A DNA stretch of 33,328 nucleotides, the filler included, from Heteronotia binoei (taxonomy: Eukaryota): NCBI RefSeq assembly GCF_032191835.1. It is 3 parts of 3 records of this genome, joined end to end, with 100 filler letters (N's around TTAATTAATTAA, not from the genome) between each part and the next. Parts side by side here need not be neighbours in the genome. Positions count along the whole stretch, not along the records: positions 21,590 to 33,328 come from NC_083229.1; 2 more parts are not named here. One strand, given 5' to 3'. A model generated the notes under the pieces. That model saw only the letters and a program-made list of their open reading frames with translations, made no database searches and was not told where the DNA came from. Made by a program: the position numbers and the translations under genes. This document shows positions 21,590-32,727 of the stretch, in pieces; position 1 is the stretch's first letter, and each line of letters begins with the position of its first letter.

Positions 21590-23143
21590 TGTAGTGTAGG
21601 ACGGCATAGCTCTGTATAGCTGGCCAGAAATTGTACTTGTATTGGTATTTCAAGCATGTTAGAAGGAATGGTGGTTAATAAAGAGGAGATTTTTGTAGCT
21701 GCTATCTGTTGATAAAGATCTTTTGCTGCTGTTCCCAGCTGCTAATACCCTGGTGGGAAGAGGTGGCATGATTTGGTGACTCATAAGTGAACCAATGGGG
21801 ATGCAAGACAATAATGGACTTGGTAATTACAGAAAGATTAAGAGTTGATGGACATCGCAAATAATTGTTAATCTTAACATTTATAGTAGTTTCTCATGGA
21901 TATACTGATTTATATAATTGGGGGGGGGGACACTGGAAGGGATGCAGTCTTCAGTGTCTTCGTACCTTATTGTTCTTTTTCATATCCGGAGATTGCATTC
22001 AGAGCTGGATCATCCATGTTGTCATGTGTTAGAGCAGGAAAGATTGACAGATACCAGGGTGGACCATGTGTTTTGTAAAACTTACTCAGGTAACTTGAGT
22101 AAAACCTCCCAGGTCTGCATAATATAGACACTACAAATCTTCTGGGGCTACCCAAGTATGTGACCTGAACAAATATTTCTTCCTGAATCTACTGTATTGT
22201 AACTAAACCTTAAGTAGTGGACAAGGCCTGTCTTAAACCTGTACAAATAATTTCTTAGCTATTCCATTTCAAACCATGGTATCAGAGAAAGCTGTACAAA
22301 AGGTGAGCTGTTTTTTCCTTAAGGAGTCATGATTTGTTGATCCTTTTAAATTGATATTTATTAGTTCTCTCTGGGAGCTTAATTATAACTGCTGTGTTTA
22401 CAGTATGAAAACTGTAGGGATTATTAACTAAGATATCTGATTTCCCTGAAGATATAACTTGCAATGTATATTGTTTGCTCTTTAAGTGATGAGCTGGATA
22501 GTTACATGTTACCAGGTATGGTGAGAAATATCTTCTTTATTATGTTGCTTAAGAATAGTTACTTTGAATGCCAAAATGGAGTCCAGACAGCCAGCTACTT
22601 TCTTTTATCCATTTTTACACACAAGCCTCATACATAACAAAAAGGAAATAGACGAGTTCAAAATATTTTGATTTGTTAAGGTGCCAAGCAGTGCCAGAAC
22701 AGTATCAGTTCTAAAAATAAACCATATCTCAGTAATTTTCTAGAGTTTACAGTACACTATGTATTAGCTGGTAATTAGAAAAATCCTTCTTCAAATGGTA
22801 GTAGTTATTTAAAAATGATATTCTGTATCTAGTTGGATAGATGAAAGCTAGACAAATTAGAAATAGAGATGGCTTTCGTTGTTGCTTTGGAAAGCATTTG
22901 TGAGGGTGGTGTAGTTGAGTGTGCTGGCCTGGGGTGGGAAATGTTGGGATAGTTCACTGAGGCCTGATTTGAATGGGAATAACTGAAGGTGGGAAAGGGG
23001 CTGATATATTATGTGCCTTTTCACACTTACCGGTGGAAACCGGAAGGGAGTCAGTATTGTGCCGCCTTGCAGTAATCTGAGACAGGGATGGAAGTTTTCA
23101 GACACATGTTTTTTTCCCCGGTAGGGTTCCATGATTGAAGCAA

Positions 23144-23639
23144 GCCATTTCACACTGTTCCGCTTTTATCTCGCTTCCACCAGTGCCAGCCGTTTTCGCC
23201 TGCCAGCGCGCGATCTCCGGCTTGGGGGGGGGGGGAAACGTCAGGCAAAGATCGCTATAGTGCTATAGTGACATATCACAACAACATCACCATAGAGATG
23301 GCTAGGCTCCATTGAGATAAGTTACCAAGTTTCAGCGGTGGCGATCTCTGGCATCTTAATGGAACCCAGGCATCCCTATGGTGATGCTGTTGTGATACAC
23401 TATAGCGATCTTAGCCCAACATTTCCCCCCCCCCCCCAAATAAAGCCGGAGATTGTGCACCGGCAGGCAAAAAAGGGCGCGAAAACTGCTCCCGGATTAG
23501 ATACTGGACATTTCACTCAGCGCCCCATACCGATTTCAACCTGGAAGGAGGGGTTGAAAACTGGAAGAAGCTGCTCTTTGTTAGTAACGACTCAGGCATG
23601 CCTCACTACCGGGACAGCCGCGGGACTGTGTGAAAAGGT
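23144..23639. mobile_element. Fold-back non-autonomous DNA transposon (Harbinger-like termini)
   Basis: Termini gccatttcacactg / ctgtgtgaaaaggt and long imperfect internal inverted arms (~23185-23318 vs ~23353-23487). Confidence 0.65.
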
Positions 23640-24498
23640 GACAGTATTCCGGTAGCAGCCAGTTACTAAGTCGAATCTGTCTGAAATGCCAGCAGAAACC
23701 CGTTAATGTTCAGTAACTGACCAGCTTCCATACTGGAATACTTAGGCTGTGTGAAAAAGTTCTATATGATGTTTCTCTTCTGACTCTTGTTCTTGCTAGC
23801 CCCTCCCTTCTGTGAATGAATATTCTTTTCTGTCAGTTGGAAGTAACTGCTGCCTTTTACCACGAAGAATGTGTTTCTCTCTCAGATTAATATCTCCTTC
23901 ACTATAAATAGTTAATAAACAATGTTCATTGTTGTTAAAGCAAATACTTATGCCAAGTAAAATGATTTTATACTGGACTCATCTGTAAACTCTGCTACAG
24001 AAGAAGAGGTGGAATATCCTGCACCGGGTGAGTGAAGGGATATTGCCCCATAAGGAGTATTAGTTGGCACATTTAAAGATATATATATCCATAACAGAAA
24101 AGAGATGGCAAGAAAGATAGAGGAAGGAAAGAAGCAAATTTAGGATATTGCTAGAACACCAGTGTGGGGAAAACACTAGGGGGAGAGTTCAGGTAGTACA
24201 CTGGTGTAGATGATCTAACTTGCAAGGTTTCTGTTTTCATGTTCACTGCCTGGTATGAAAATGATAAGCCTAAGCAAAAAGTGGACGACAGTATGGTAGC
24301 TCTTAAATTTCCTGTCAAACTGTGTCCTTGTACTCACTCTCTGTTATCATCTGGGCGTAATTAGATTAGAGACCTGCTTCCTAGGGCATTACAGTAATAT
24401 GCAGCCTCCTAGTGCCTGATAACATGTGTGTTTGATATGGAAAATTGCTTGTGATAAGATGATGTGCTTAGTTGCACATTGTTATTTTGGCTGCTTAG

Positions 24499-24912
24499 CA
24501 GTGGCGGACTGGTCAGGGTGTCAGCTTGCCCGATGGCAAGTGGGCTCCTGATGAAGTGGGCCCCCTTAAACATTAGGCAATATGTTAAAAATGTTAATGT
24601 CCTTTTAGTAGCTTGAAAATATAATAGACATTCCAATATTATTACTGTAATGCAACTAAAATTTACAGTAGATAATATTTACATTTAATACCTACTGCAT
24701 ACTGCCAGTAAAATGTACAATATATGTACACTGTAATTACTAAAAACACATATTCATTTATTTTGCAAAGGTTTTAATTGTACCTTTTTCCACAGATTTT
24801 TTTTTTGAAAATGTTATTTATTTCTTATAAAAATCAAATGATACCCTTATAGTTGTGGGTGGGCCCCCTTTGTCTCCTGGCAACCAACATTTTTAGACCC
24901 AGTCCGCCACTG
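24499..24912 (+). mobile_element. Non-autonomous hAT MITE
   Basis: Perfect 14-bp TIR cagtggcggactgg / ccagtccgccactg and a perfect 8-bp TSD ctgcttag (24491-24498, 24913-24920). Confidence 0.92.
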
Positions 24913-25505
24913 CTGCTTAGAATGATATTTGGGGGATGTTGCCTAGTGGTAGACTGGAATAGCTAGGATGCAGGGCCAGCCAGAGGATTTCTGGTGATGT
25001 GTGATCTGTGATTTTTGTGCCTCCCCCTTCAGCATGTTTCTGTGATATATAAAGGAATTATTTTAAATTATTTAATGGGAAAAAATTTCCTTATGTGATG
25101 TTGCAATTCAAAGGACTTTTTCTTGGGAATAAGGCCAGGCCCATAGCTACAGTGGGGGCCCTCAAGGTCTAGCCTCTGACTTCCTGCCATGACCCCTGAA
25201 CTTCCCATCCAGCCCTGGCCCCCCACTTCCTATCACGGAGGAAGGAAGACCAGAGGGGTGGCGAAGGTGGAGTGAGGAAGCCTGCAGTGCTCAGTGGGTG
25301 GCTGGGCCAGCCCCCAAACTTGCCTTCACTTGTCAGCAGGTGGGAGGAGTCATTTGGCAGGGCCCCAGAATCAACAGAACCACCAGAGCTGCTGAGCAGG
25401 ATTATAGTCTGGCACTTTTAACACTAGAGAAATCTGAGCAGCCTGTATGCAGGTTTGCAGCTGAGGGGAGGGGAAGGAGAGAGAGTCCAATGGCAGCTTC
25501 AAGAC

Positions 25506-25685
25506 CAGGGCTTTTTTTGTATCAGGAACTCCTTTGCATATTAGGCCACACACCTCTGATGTAGCCAGTTCTCCTGGAGCTTACAGTAGGCCCTGTAATA
25601 AGAGCCCTGTAAGCTCTTGGAGGATTGGCTACATCAGCGGTGTATGACCTAGTATGCAAGGAGTTCCCGCTATAAAAAAACCCTG
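25506..25685 (+). mobile_element. Short palindromic hAT MITE
   Basis: TIRs cagggctttttttgta...ggaactcctttgcata / tatgcaaggagttcc...aaaaaaaccctg and a perfect 8-bp TSD ttcaagac. Confidence 0.9.
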
Positions 25686-26334
25686 TTCAAGACCAACGTT
25701 TTACTCCAGGTATAAACTTTTGCATGCAAGCACACTTCTTTGGGGGGACAGAGGATCTGTGCATGACAAGCACAGTGTACACTGAGGAAATTATTTTTGG
25801 CTTATTCTGAAAAGTTGTTTTAAAAAAGTTTGGATTTCCCTGTTCCTATCTGGTTTTATTTTCTTTCAAAAATACCCTGATTAGGCATTAGAACACTTAG
25901 ATTGGTCCCTGCAGAGTGGAGTGATTTCAGATGCCAAATAATAGGACACTCACAAAAGCCTATTTATTGGCATAAATCAGATTATAACCGATAACAGGAC
26001 ACATTGGTAATGGGACAGGAAAACTGGGTCTCAATTCAGTCCAGGATGATGCATTGTCGTGATCTTCATTTTCAATTGCAATTCAGCAGTCTCTCTTTCT
26101 AATCTCCCTTTGAAATTCTTTTGTAAGAGCATTGCTACTATTAGGTCAACAACTGTATGTTGTGGTTTCTAATGTCAGACTTAAGTCAGTTTATTCTTTG
26201 CATCCTCTTGGACCCTTTGAATCCTCCTGGATGGAATTGAAACCTAGGTTTCCTGTCTCATTACCAACACTAGTATCTCCATACCTGCTATCCCTCTGCA
26301 TGTCACACCCACTCCAATCAAGCCTATTATTATC

Positions 26335-26358
26335 ATTCACCTGCTATTGCCATCTGAA

Positions 26359-26404
<46 letters not shown>

Positions 26405-26428
26405 TTCAGATGGCAATAGCAGGTGAAT
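26335..26428. repeat. Perfect 94-bp palindrome centred on (AT)20
   Basis: attcacctgctattgccatctgaaatc-(at)20-gatttcagatggcaatagcaggtgaat. Confidence 0.92.
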
Positions 26429-26446
26429 ACCATATATATATGGTAC

Positions 26447-26535
26447 CTCGTATTACATTTTATGGCACGCCTGGCCCAGCAAAGTAATATTTATGTCAGA
26501 TCAAACCCTCATAACAAATGAGTTTGACACCTCTG
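26447..26535 (+). mobile_element. Terminal fragment of the Charlie-like hAT MITE family
   Basis: ttacattttatggcac...tttatgtcagatcaaaccctcataacaaatgagtttgacacctctg, homologous to 6780-6866. Confidence 0.7.
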
Positions 26536-27299
26536 ACTTAACTCCTTCTGTGCTGCCTGCCCAGAATTTGCTACCATTTGGGAAGCACAAAGGTAAGGGC
26601 AGCTACAGAGGCCAGGCTGTGCTGAGAAAGGCATGTTGTGTAAAACATTTAGAAGACTTTAGAATATATGATGGTCACGTTTTAAAATGTAGAATACAAA
26701 CTGGTGGTCATATTTTTACAGTCCAAGTTTGTCATTATGATTGTAATTGTATAAGACTGGGTAAGCAGACCATGAAGTATTTATGTAGTTTACTGTTTAC
26801 AGTTACTTACCTAATTCACTAATGACTTGCCCTTTAATATATAGCTGGTAATTAATTTATTGTTCTGAATTATATTGCATCCCTTCATTGGGTGCCTTTG
26901 TAAACACTTCTGCCAGAGCTGTATCTTGTAAAATTTTAATTAACCTTTTCCATGCAGGGAGCCACCTTCTAAAGGAAAACTGACAGTTCCCTTACAAAGA
27001 TGCATTTCAATGTATTATAACTCATGGATAATAATATATTTTATCTCCTCAAATACTTTCGTTTTCATAAAACAATTTGGTTATAAAATGTTGATTAAAA
27101 AACTTTTCATGTATTTACTAAGTTTCACGTAACACACTATTGTTTATAAAAAGGCATGTGCAGATTTTAATTTCATTTCAACATTTATTACAATCAAATA
27201 TAAGCCAAGCAGTTTACCAGCATGGTTTACGTACAAATGTAAAATTAATATACAAGGATTAAAATTCATAACCTTACAGGCATAACTGATTAGGAATAA

Positions 27300-28020
27300 A
27301 AAGTTATTAAAAGGTTTGGAATTTTTTATGGCCAAATTTGGCCATTTTAGAGGTGGTCTTGTTAGATCGGTCACCTAGAAGGAGATACATATAAAATTTA
27401 TCAGATCTTCCTGAGAACTTGGATACAATAGGTGTGAGATGTCCTTGTTCAGTGTCCTTGTAAAATAGACAGTAAAGTAACATGTGTTCCAGTGTTTCGA
27501 CTGTGTTCATCTGGCAGGAACACAGACATTTGGGAGTAGGGATTGTATAAATATCTCCCTTCAGTAGTGCTAAGGGAAGATGATTAAAGCAGGCCAAGGT
27601 GAAACTCTCTGGTGTTTGGGAAATTCTAGAGTGTAAAGATAGTTTGCTGGCTTGAAATTTTGGCTATGATTTCCTACCACTGGATAGAGGTGTGCCTGAG
27701 CTCTATCATCTCCAGGACCCAAGGTGGCATTGCTGAGGGGCGGAAGCTAAGAAGTTGCCATTTATTCTCAACCACATCCACCCAACCTGAGCGATAGCTG
27801 TCTGAAAGAATTAAGGGGATTAATCCAGACAGGTTAAGTTTTAGCTTGAGCGAGAAATATATTACTTTGTATGAACTGCAGGCTTCAAGTGACACCTGCC
27901 CTGATTCTATTCTAAGAATTGTATTCAGTGTGCAACAAAAAACACCAGACGTAATCCTATGGAATTTAGACTGGACTGCTTCGAAGAGATACATGTACAG
28001 ATTTAAAAACTTTAAAATGC
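27300..28020 (-). mobile_element. Degenerate non-LTR retrotransposon ORF2 C-terminal fragment
   Basis: AVQSKF...LRIESGQ..LEA, then a CCHC-like motif CLCSCQMNTVETLEHMLLYCLFY, typical of LINE ORF2 C-termini. The frame is broken. Confidence 0.6.
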
Positions 28021-28740
28021 TAAGTTAAAATGAAGAAGATATATTCAAGTGATGTTGATACCATATGAATATCACTGTTTTTGAGGGATTTTTTTTTTTC
28101 AGCGGGGCTTCTGATTAAGAGTCAAGTACTTCGGTTACATTGACTCAAAGTCATAGCAGTATCATAAAATTGCAACACAAGCAGTTACATTGCCAGGGAT
28201 TTCAGTTACAATTTTTAATGGATTCTCCTTTTTAAGAGAGACATTAGGAAAATTATTCTCACATATGGAATTGAAGAATTTGCTCAAATCTAGAGCTGAG
28301 CTGAAAGAATCAGTTCAGCTTAGTGACTAGTGTTCTGACCAAAAATAAAAATAATTAAGAGATAAAATGTTGAGAGTGCTATTAAAAACTCACAAGAAAA
28401 CAAAATTGCTTTTCAACAGTAACAAAAGTGAAGACTGCACTTGGCTCTTCTTGAAGTAAGTTTTCTACATAATTACTTCGCATACTTAAACAATATACAT
28501 CTATGCAACTAGATCAGATGATACATGTGCTCTAAAATGTTCTTTCCTTTATTAAACTATTCACAGCAACACATTCAAACATTGATCTTTTATCATGCTA
28601 AACTGATGATAAAGTGGAACATGTTAACATGTTCCATATTAAACTGACATAGCAATAAAAAATAGCGAACATCCAAGCCAGTGATGATGCCTTGCAAACA
28701 CTAGCAGTGCTTTACAAATACAAAAATATCTGCTTTATAA

Positions 28741-28882
28741 GAGCTGTTCTCTCAAAAGCAGTTCTCAGAGCTGTTCTCTCAGCCCCACCTACTTCACAGG
28801 GTGTCTGTTGTTGGGAGGAGAAGGGAAAGGAGATTGCAAACTGCTCTGGGACTCTTGAGTGAATGGCAGGATATAAATCCAA
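28741..28882 (+). mobile_element. 5'-truncated Squam3-like SINE
   Basis: ctctcagccccacctacttcacagggtgtctgttgttgggaggagaagggaaaggagattg...gatataaatcca. Confidence 0.75.
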
Positions 28883-29010
28883 TCCAATCTCTTTCTTCTT
28901 CACTTGATCTCTTGGCTCTTCCACAGGTATCTGGCCTACTTAAATGGGAAGTTGGGCTGAAGCATGAGCCTCTGCTTAAACTGAAGGGTTCTTGCCTGTG
29001 GCTTGCAGCC

Positions 29011-29416
29011 TGGGGTGGCCAGACCGTCCCGGGCACCCGGGAATGTCCCGGTTCTGGCCCCCTATTCCCGCCTCCCAGGCTGGCTATACCGGGACCATTA
29101 GAGGTCCCGGTTTAGCCAGCCCCGGAGGCGGTGGGCGCGCACCGGCGGGGAAGGCGGCGAGTGAGGGAGGGAGCATCCCTGCGCGTGCGCAGGGCCGCTC
29201 CCTCCCTCACTCGCCGCCTTCCCCGCCCGCGCGCGGGGCCCGGCGGCGGCGGAGGCCGGGGAGGCAGCGGAGAGGCTGGTGCTGGTCGCTGGAGGCCCTC
29301 CAGAGACTCTGGAGGGCCTCCAGTGACCAGCGCCGACCAGCCGAGGCCGCGGAGAGGCCGGCGCTGGTCCCTGGAGGCCCTCCAGAGACTCTGGAGGGCC
29401 TCCAGCGACCAGCGCC
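29011..29416 (+). mobile_element. GC-rich hAT-like element (left part) with internal hairpin tandem repeat; host of the Copia insertion
   Basis: Starts tggggtggccagaccgtcccggg. It contains 82-bp-period units that resume after 33135. Confidence 0.55.
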
Positions 29417-29814
29417 TGTTGGAGCAAGAATCTACATAAACCCAGTCTGACAGCTACAGTATGACAGCTGGTGATCTAGCTGCCAGGCTAGGTCACAGTG
29501 ACCTGATCAGCAGACCGGCTTGAGCCGGCAGAAGCCAAGTGATGCAATCTGCTGAGTCAGCACGGCCAGGATTGGCTGCTTGGACTATATATGATCTGTG
29601 TGTGCATCACACAGGTCTCTCCCTGTGAGATGGTGGTTAGGCGAAGCACTTTGTCCGTGGAGGTGATATTGTATAGACTGCACAAGAGAGCACTTGTCGT
29701 GTATATATGTTAATACACCTTTTGGCACTAGTTGCACGCGTCTGCCTGATTTTCTTTCCTGAAGCCCTGTGTCGGGCAAGTCATCTCCCTCACTCTGCTA
29801 CTCCCGCTCCGACA
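29417..29814 (+). repeat. Copia 5' LTR (398 bp)
   Basis: tgttggagcaag...cccgctccgaca. No difference from the 3' LTR was found by visual comparison. Confidence 0.97.
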
Positions 29815-29815
29815 G

Positions 29816-29829
29816 GGTTATGGGCCCAG
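29816..29829 (+). promoter_or_regulatory. Primer binding site of the Drosophila-copia half-tRNA(iMet) type
   Basis: ggttatgggcccag starts 1 nt after the 5' LTR and matches the classic copia PBS. Confidence 0.85.
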
Positions 29830-29991
29830 GGCGGTTCCGCTGCGCGGAGGAGAGAGTTGAGAGTTGAGCTGACTGTGAGTTTGGAAAGAGCCGGAGGCGA
29901 GGAACGCCGGTGAAGGACACAGAAGCACCACCGTTCTCTGTTTGAGAGCCAGAGGGACGTCGGCAGCCAGCCGTGAGGAGGAGTCGGCACG

Positions 29992-32652
29992 ATGGCTCAG
30001 CAACAGCTTGGAGTAGCCGTTGAGAAGCTCACCTCAGCCAACTACGCGGTGTGGAGCCTGAGAATGCAACACTACCTCAAGCGTGAAGGGCAATGGCTGT
30101 TCGTGAGTAACCCCCCTGCTGACTTATCTCCTGCCGAGACTGTGTTATCGGATAAGGCACTGGCCAACATAGTGCTATCTATAGGAGATGACCAGCTGGT
30201 TTATGTGCGAGGGAAGGACACTCCCAAGGCTGCCTGGGACGCGTTGAGTGCGGTGCATGTTAGCACCACTGCTGGTTCCCTCATGGCCTTGACAAGGAGG
30301 ATGTTCCGCACCGTTATGCCGGCTGGAGGGTGTGTGAAAGATCACATCAAACGGCTAACGGACTGTTTCGTTGAGCTGGAGGCAAGAGGCAAGACTGTAG
30401 CTCCAGACGACAGAGTGTACATTTTGCTGTCGTCGTTGCCACCTGAGTACACTCCCCTGATAACTTCTCTGGAGACGGTGGACGTAGCGACCCTGACCAT
30501 GGAATACGTCTGTGCCCACCTGCTTGACTTCCAAGAGAGAATTGCGGCCGTGAGCTGTCCGGGGGTGTCGGCCGGGCAGCGTGCTGTTATCGGTGTGTCC
30601 GGGAAGACAGCCAAGAATGAGCCAGCTTCTGCTGCTGGCAGGCGTCCGAAGGTGGAGGAAGTGGAGCCGACTGCGTTTGCAGTCCGTCGCTGCTATGGAT
30701 GCGGGTCGTCGCAGCACCTGCTCCGAGCTTGCCCTGAGAGGGAGAAGAGGCGGGGGCGTGTGCGGCGAGAGCGGAGGACCGCCAGCCCGTGTGAGGAAGC
30801 AACCCGGCTGGTCACGTCTGCAGTAGAGAGCACAGGGTCTGCTTGGATTTTAGACTCCGGGGCAACGAGCCATCTCTGCTGCGAGAAGGAGTTGTTGAAA
30901 AACGTTGACAGTCCTGAGCATAAGTATGTGAGATTGGCTGATGGGACCACTGCCAATTCTGTTTGCTCAGGCAATGTGGAATTTCCTGCACTGAAATGTA
31001 TGTTGCAAAATGTGTTGTATGTACCCTCACTGCAGTCTAACCTGTTGAGTGTTAGCACACTGTTTGACCAGGGATACCAGGTGAGATTTGAGAAAACCTG
31101 CTGCAAAATCCTGGGAGGTGGGGGAAAGTTGCTTGTGACAGGAAAGAGGGAAGGTAAACTGTATGTGGTCCAGAGTGATTGTGCCCAGGTGGCTCAGGTG
31201 TCGAATGAGCCTGTGCACAATAATTGTATACATTTGCTCCATAGGAGACTTGGGCACTGCGGATTTAGGGCGTTAAAGAAAACCCTGGAGCTCGTGCCTA
31301 GTTTGAAAGTAAATCCTTGCAAATGTTACTTGGATTGCCAGGTCTGCAAGAAGACCAAAAGCAAGGCGTGTGCTGTTGCTAAAGAAAGCTCAAGGGAAAG
31401 CACACGAGCCCTGGAACTAGTCCATTTAGACGTTATTGGCCCATTGCCAAAGAGTCTGTCGGGGAGGAGATACTGCTTGGTGGCCACCGACGACCACACG
31501 AGGTACGCGTGGGTTTTCACCATGGTGCATAAGTCTGAGGTGTATAAGACATTCACCAAGTGGGTCAAAGCAGTGGAGAGACAATTAGGGGTTAATCTCC
31601 TAGCTGTACAAACCGACAGAGGGGGGGAATTCTTATCTAACCAGATGAAACGTTGGCTGGAGAACAAGGGCATCGCCCACCGTCTGACGAACCCGGCAAC
31701 GCCCCGAGAAAATGGGCATGGGGCTGTATTGCAGAATGTGATGTATTGCATGTTAGAGGATGCACAACTGCCAATGACCTATTGGGCAGAAACCATACAT
31801 GCAGCTGTTTTTTTGCAAAATAGGGTTTGGTGTAATACTGTGAAAAATGTGCCTTACAGGTTACTGTTGAACAAGACCCCAGATTTGAGTTCTTTAAAAG
31901 TCTTTGGGTCACGGGCTCGGGTTGGCATCCACTCCACGAGTAGCGGGGAGGGGGATGTCCGGGCAGAGAGCCTAATTTTTCTGGGCTACAAGCCAAGGGC
32001 CAGGTGTTATCGTTTCTGCAATAGCAAAAGCAAGATAACACTTAGTAAGAGTGCCCAGTTCAATGAAGAAAGCAGCTGGCCAAGGTTGCACTCCTTGCAG
32101 AAACAATTTGTCCTGCTGCCAAGTAGCGATAACGATGTTGGAGCGCAGCCCAGAACTCCAGCCCAGGAGGTGGCACCCAGTGGGGCTGGAGAAGGTGAGC
32201 CGAATGCTGGCACAGAGCCTGACGAGCAGAGTCAGGAGGCAGAGCCTCAAATGCAGGAACTGGAGGTAAAGTGTGAGAGTCAGGAGGTTCAACACCCAAT
32301 TACAGGGGCAGAGCAACCAGCCCAGGAGGTGGGAACAGAGCAACCCGAAGAAGACAAAGCTGGTCCAAGCACAGGGCCACGGGTGTCTGCCAGGTCCACC
32401 AAAGGCCAACGTCCCGCTAGGTACAAGTGTCCCTATGTCACTCTGACTGTCAATCCAGACCCACCCGGATTTGAGGAAATATTAAAAGAAAAGGCTAAGA
32501 AATGGAAAGCCTGGGTGGCAGAGTGCGAGGCAAGGGAGAAGGAGGCTGAAGCCAAGCGTCTGAAAGAGCTGGCTGAACAGGAACACGATGATGTGTTTTA
32601 CAATCATGATGAGTTCCTGAACGAATTCCGGAAAGGGTTCCGAGCTACGTAA
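29992..32652 (+). CDS. Copia Gag-protease-integrase polyprotein lacking RT/RNase H (886 aa)
   Basis: N-terminal LTSANYAVWSLRM and UBN2-like Gag, CCHC knuckle CYGCGSSQHLLRAC, protease WILDSGATSHL, HHCC (LLHRRLGH...CQVC), integrase VHLDVIGP / QTDRGGEF. No YVDD RT motif and no ADxxTK RNase H motif before the stop. Confidence 0.95.
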   Translation: MAQQQLGVAVEKLTSANYAVWSLRMQHYLKREGQWLFVSNPPADLSPAETVLSDKALANIVLSIGDDQLVYVRGKDTPKAAWDALSAVHVSTTAGSLMALTRRMFRTVMPAGGCVKDHIKRLTDCFVELEARGKTVAPDDRVYILLSSLPPEYTPLITSLETVDVATLTMEYVCAHLLDFQERIAAVSCPGVSAGQRAVIGVSGKTAKNEPASAAGRRPKVEEVEPTAFAVRRCYGCGSSQHLLRACPEREKRRGRVRRERRTASPCEEATRLVTSAVESTGSAWILDSGATSHLCCEKELLKNVDSPEHKYVRLADGTTANSVCSGNVEFPALKCMLQNVLYVPSLQSNLLSVSTLFDQGYQVRFEKTCCKILGGGGKLLVTGKREGKLYVVQSDCAQVAQVSNEPVHNNCIHLLHRRLGHCGFRALKKTLELVPSLKVNPCKCYLDCQVCKKTKSKACAVAKESSRESTRALELVHLDVIGPLPKSLSGRRYCLVATDDHTRYAWVFTMVHKSEVYKTFTKWVKAVERQLGVNLLAVQTDRGGEFLSNQMKRWLENKGIAHRLTNPATPRENGHGAVLQNVMYCMLEDAQLPMTYWAETIHAAVFLQNRVWCNTVKNVPYRLLLNKTPDLSSLKVFGSRARVGIHSTSSGEGDVRAESLIFLGYKPRARCYRFCNSKSKITLSKSAQFNEESSWPRLHSLQKQFVLLPSSDNDVGAQPRTPAQEVAPSGAGEGEPNAGTEPDEQSQEAEPQMQELEVKCESQEVQHPITGAEQPAQEVGTEQPEEDKAGPSTGPRVSARSTKGQRPARYKCPYVTLTVNPDPPGFEEILKEKAKKWKAWVAECEAREKEAEAKRLKELAEQEHDDVFYNHDEFLNEFRKGFRAT

Positions 32653-32727
32653 ATATGAACTGTAATGTTGCTGGTGGACATGTATGTAAACTGTGTAAAG
32701 TGTTTTGGTGCACTGGGTTTAAATAGA

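Noticed and set aside
21967-22164. Minus-strand exon candidate or ORF with a faint LRR-like look in one frame
   Set aside because: Stops occur in every frame between the candidate splice sites and there is no convincing motif.
24001-24027. 27-nt + strand micro-exon candidate (ctacag|aagaagaggtggaatatcctgcaccgg|gtgagt)
   Set aside because: The donor is good but the pyrimidine tract is weak and no host gene on this strand can be linked. It needs RNA-seq.
29585-29779. Identical 64-aa ORFs at 29585..29779 and 32906..33100
   Set aside because: They are antisense frames inside the two LTRs. They support LTR identity but not a gene.
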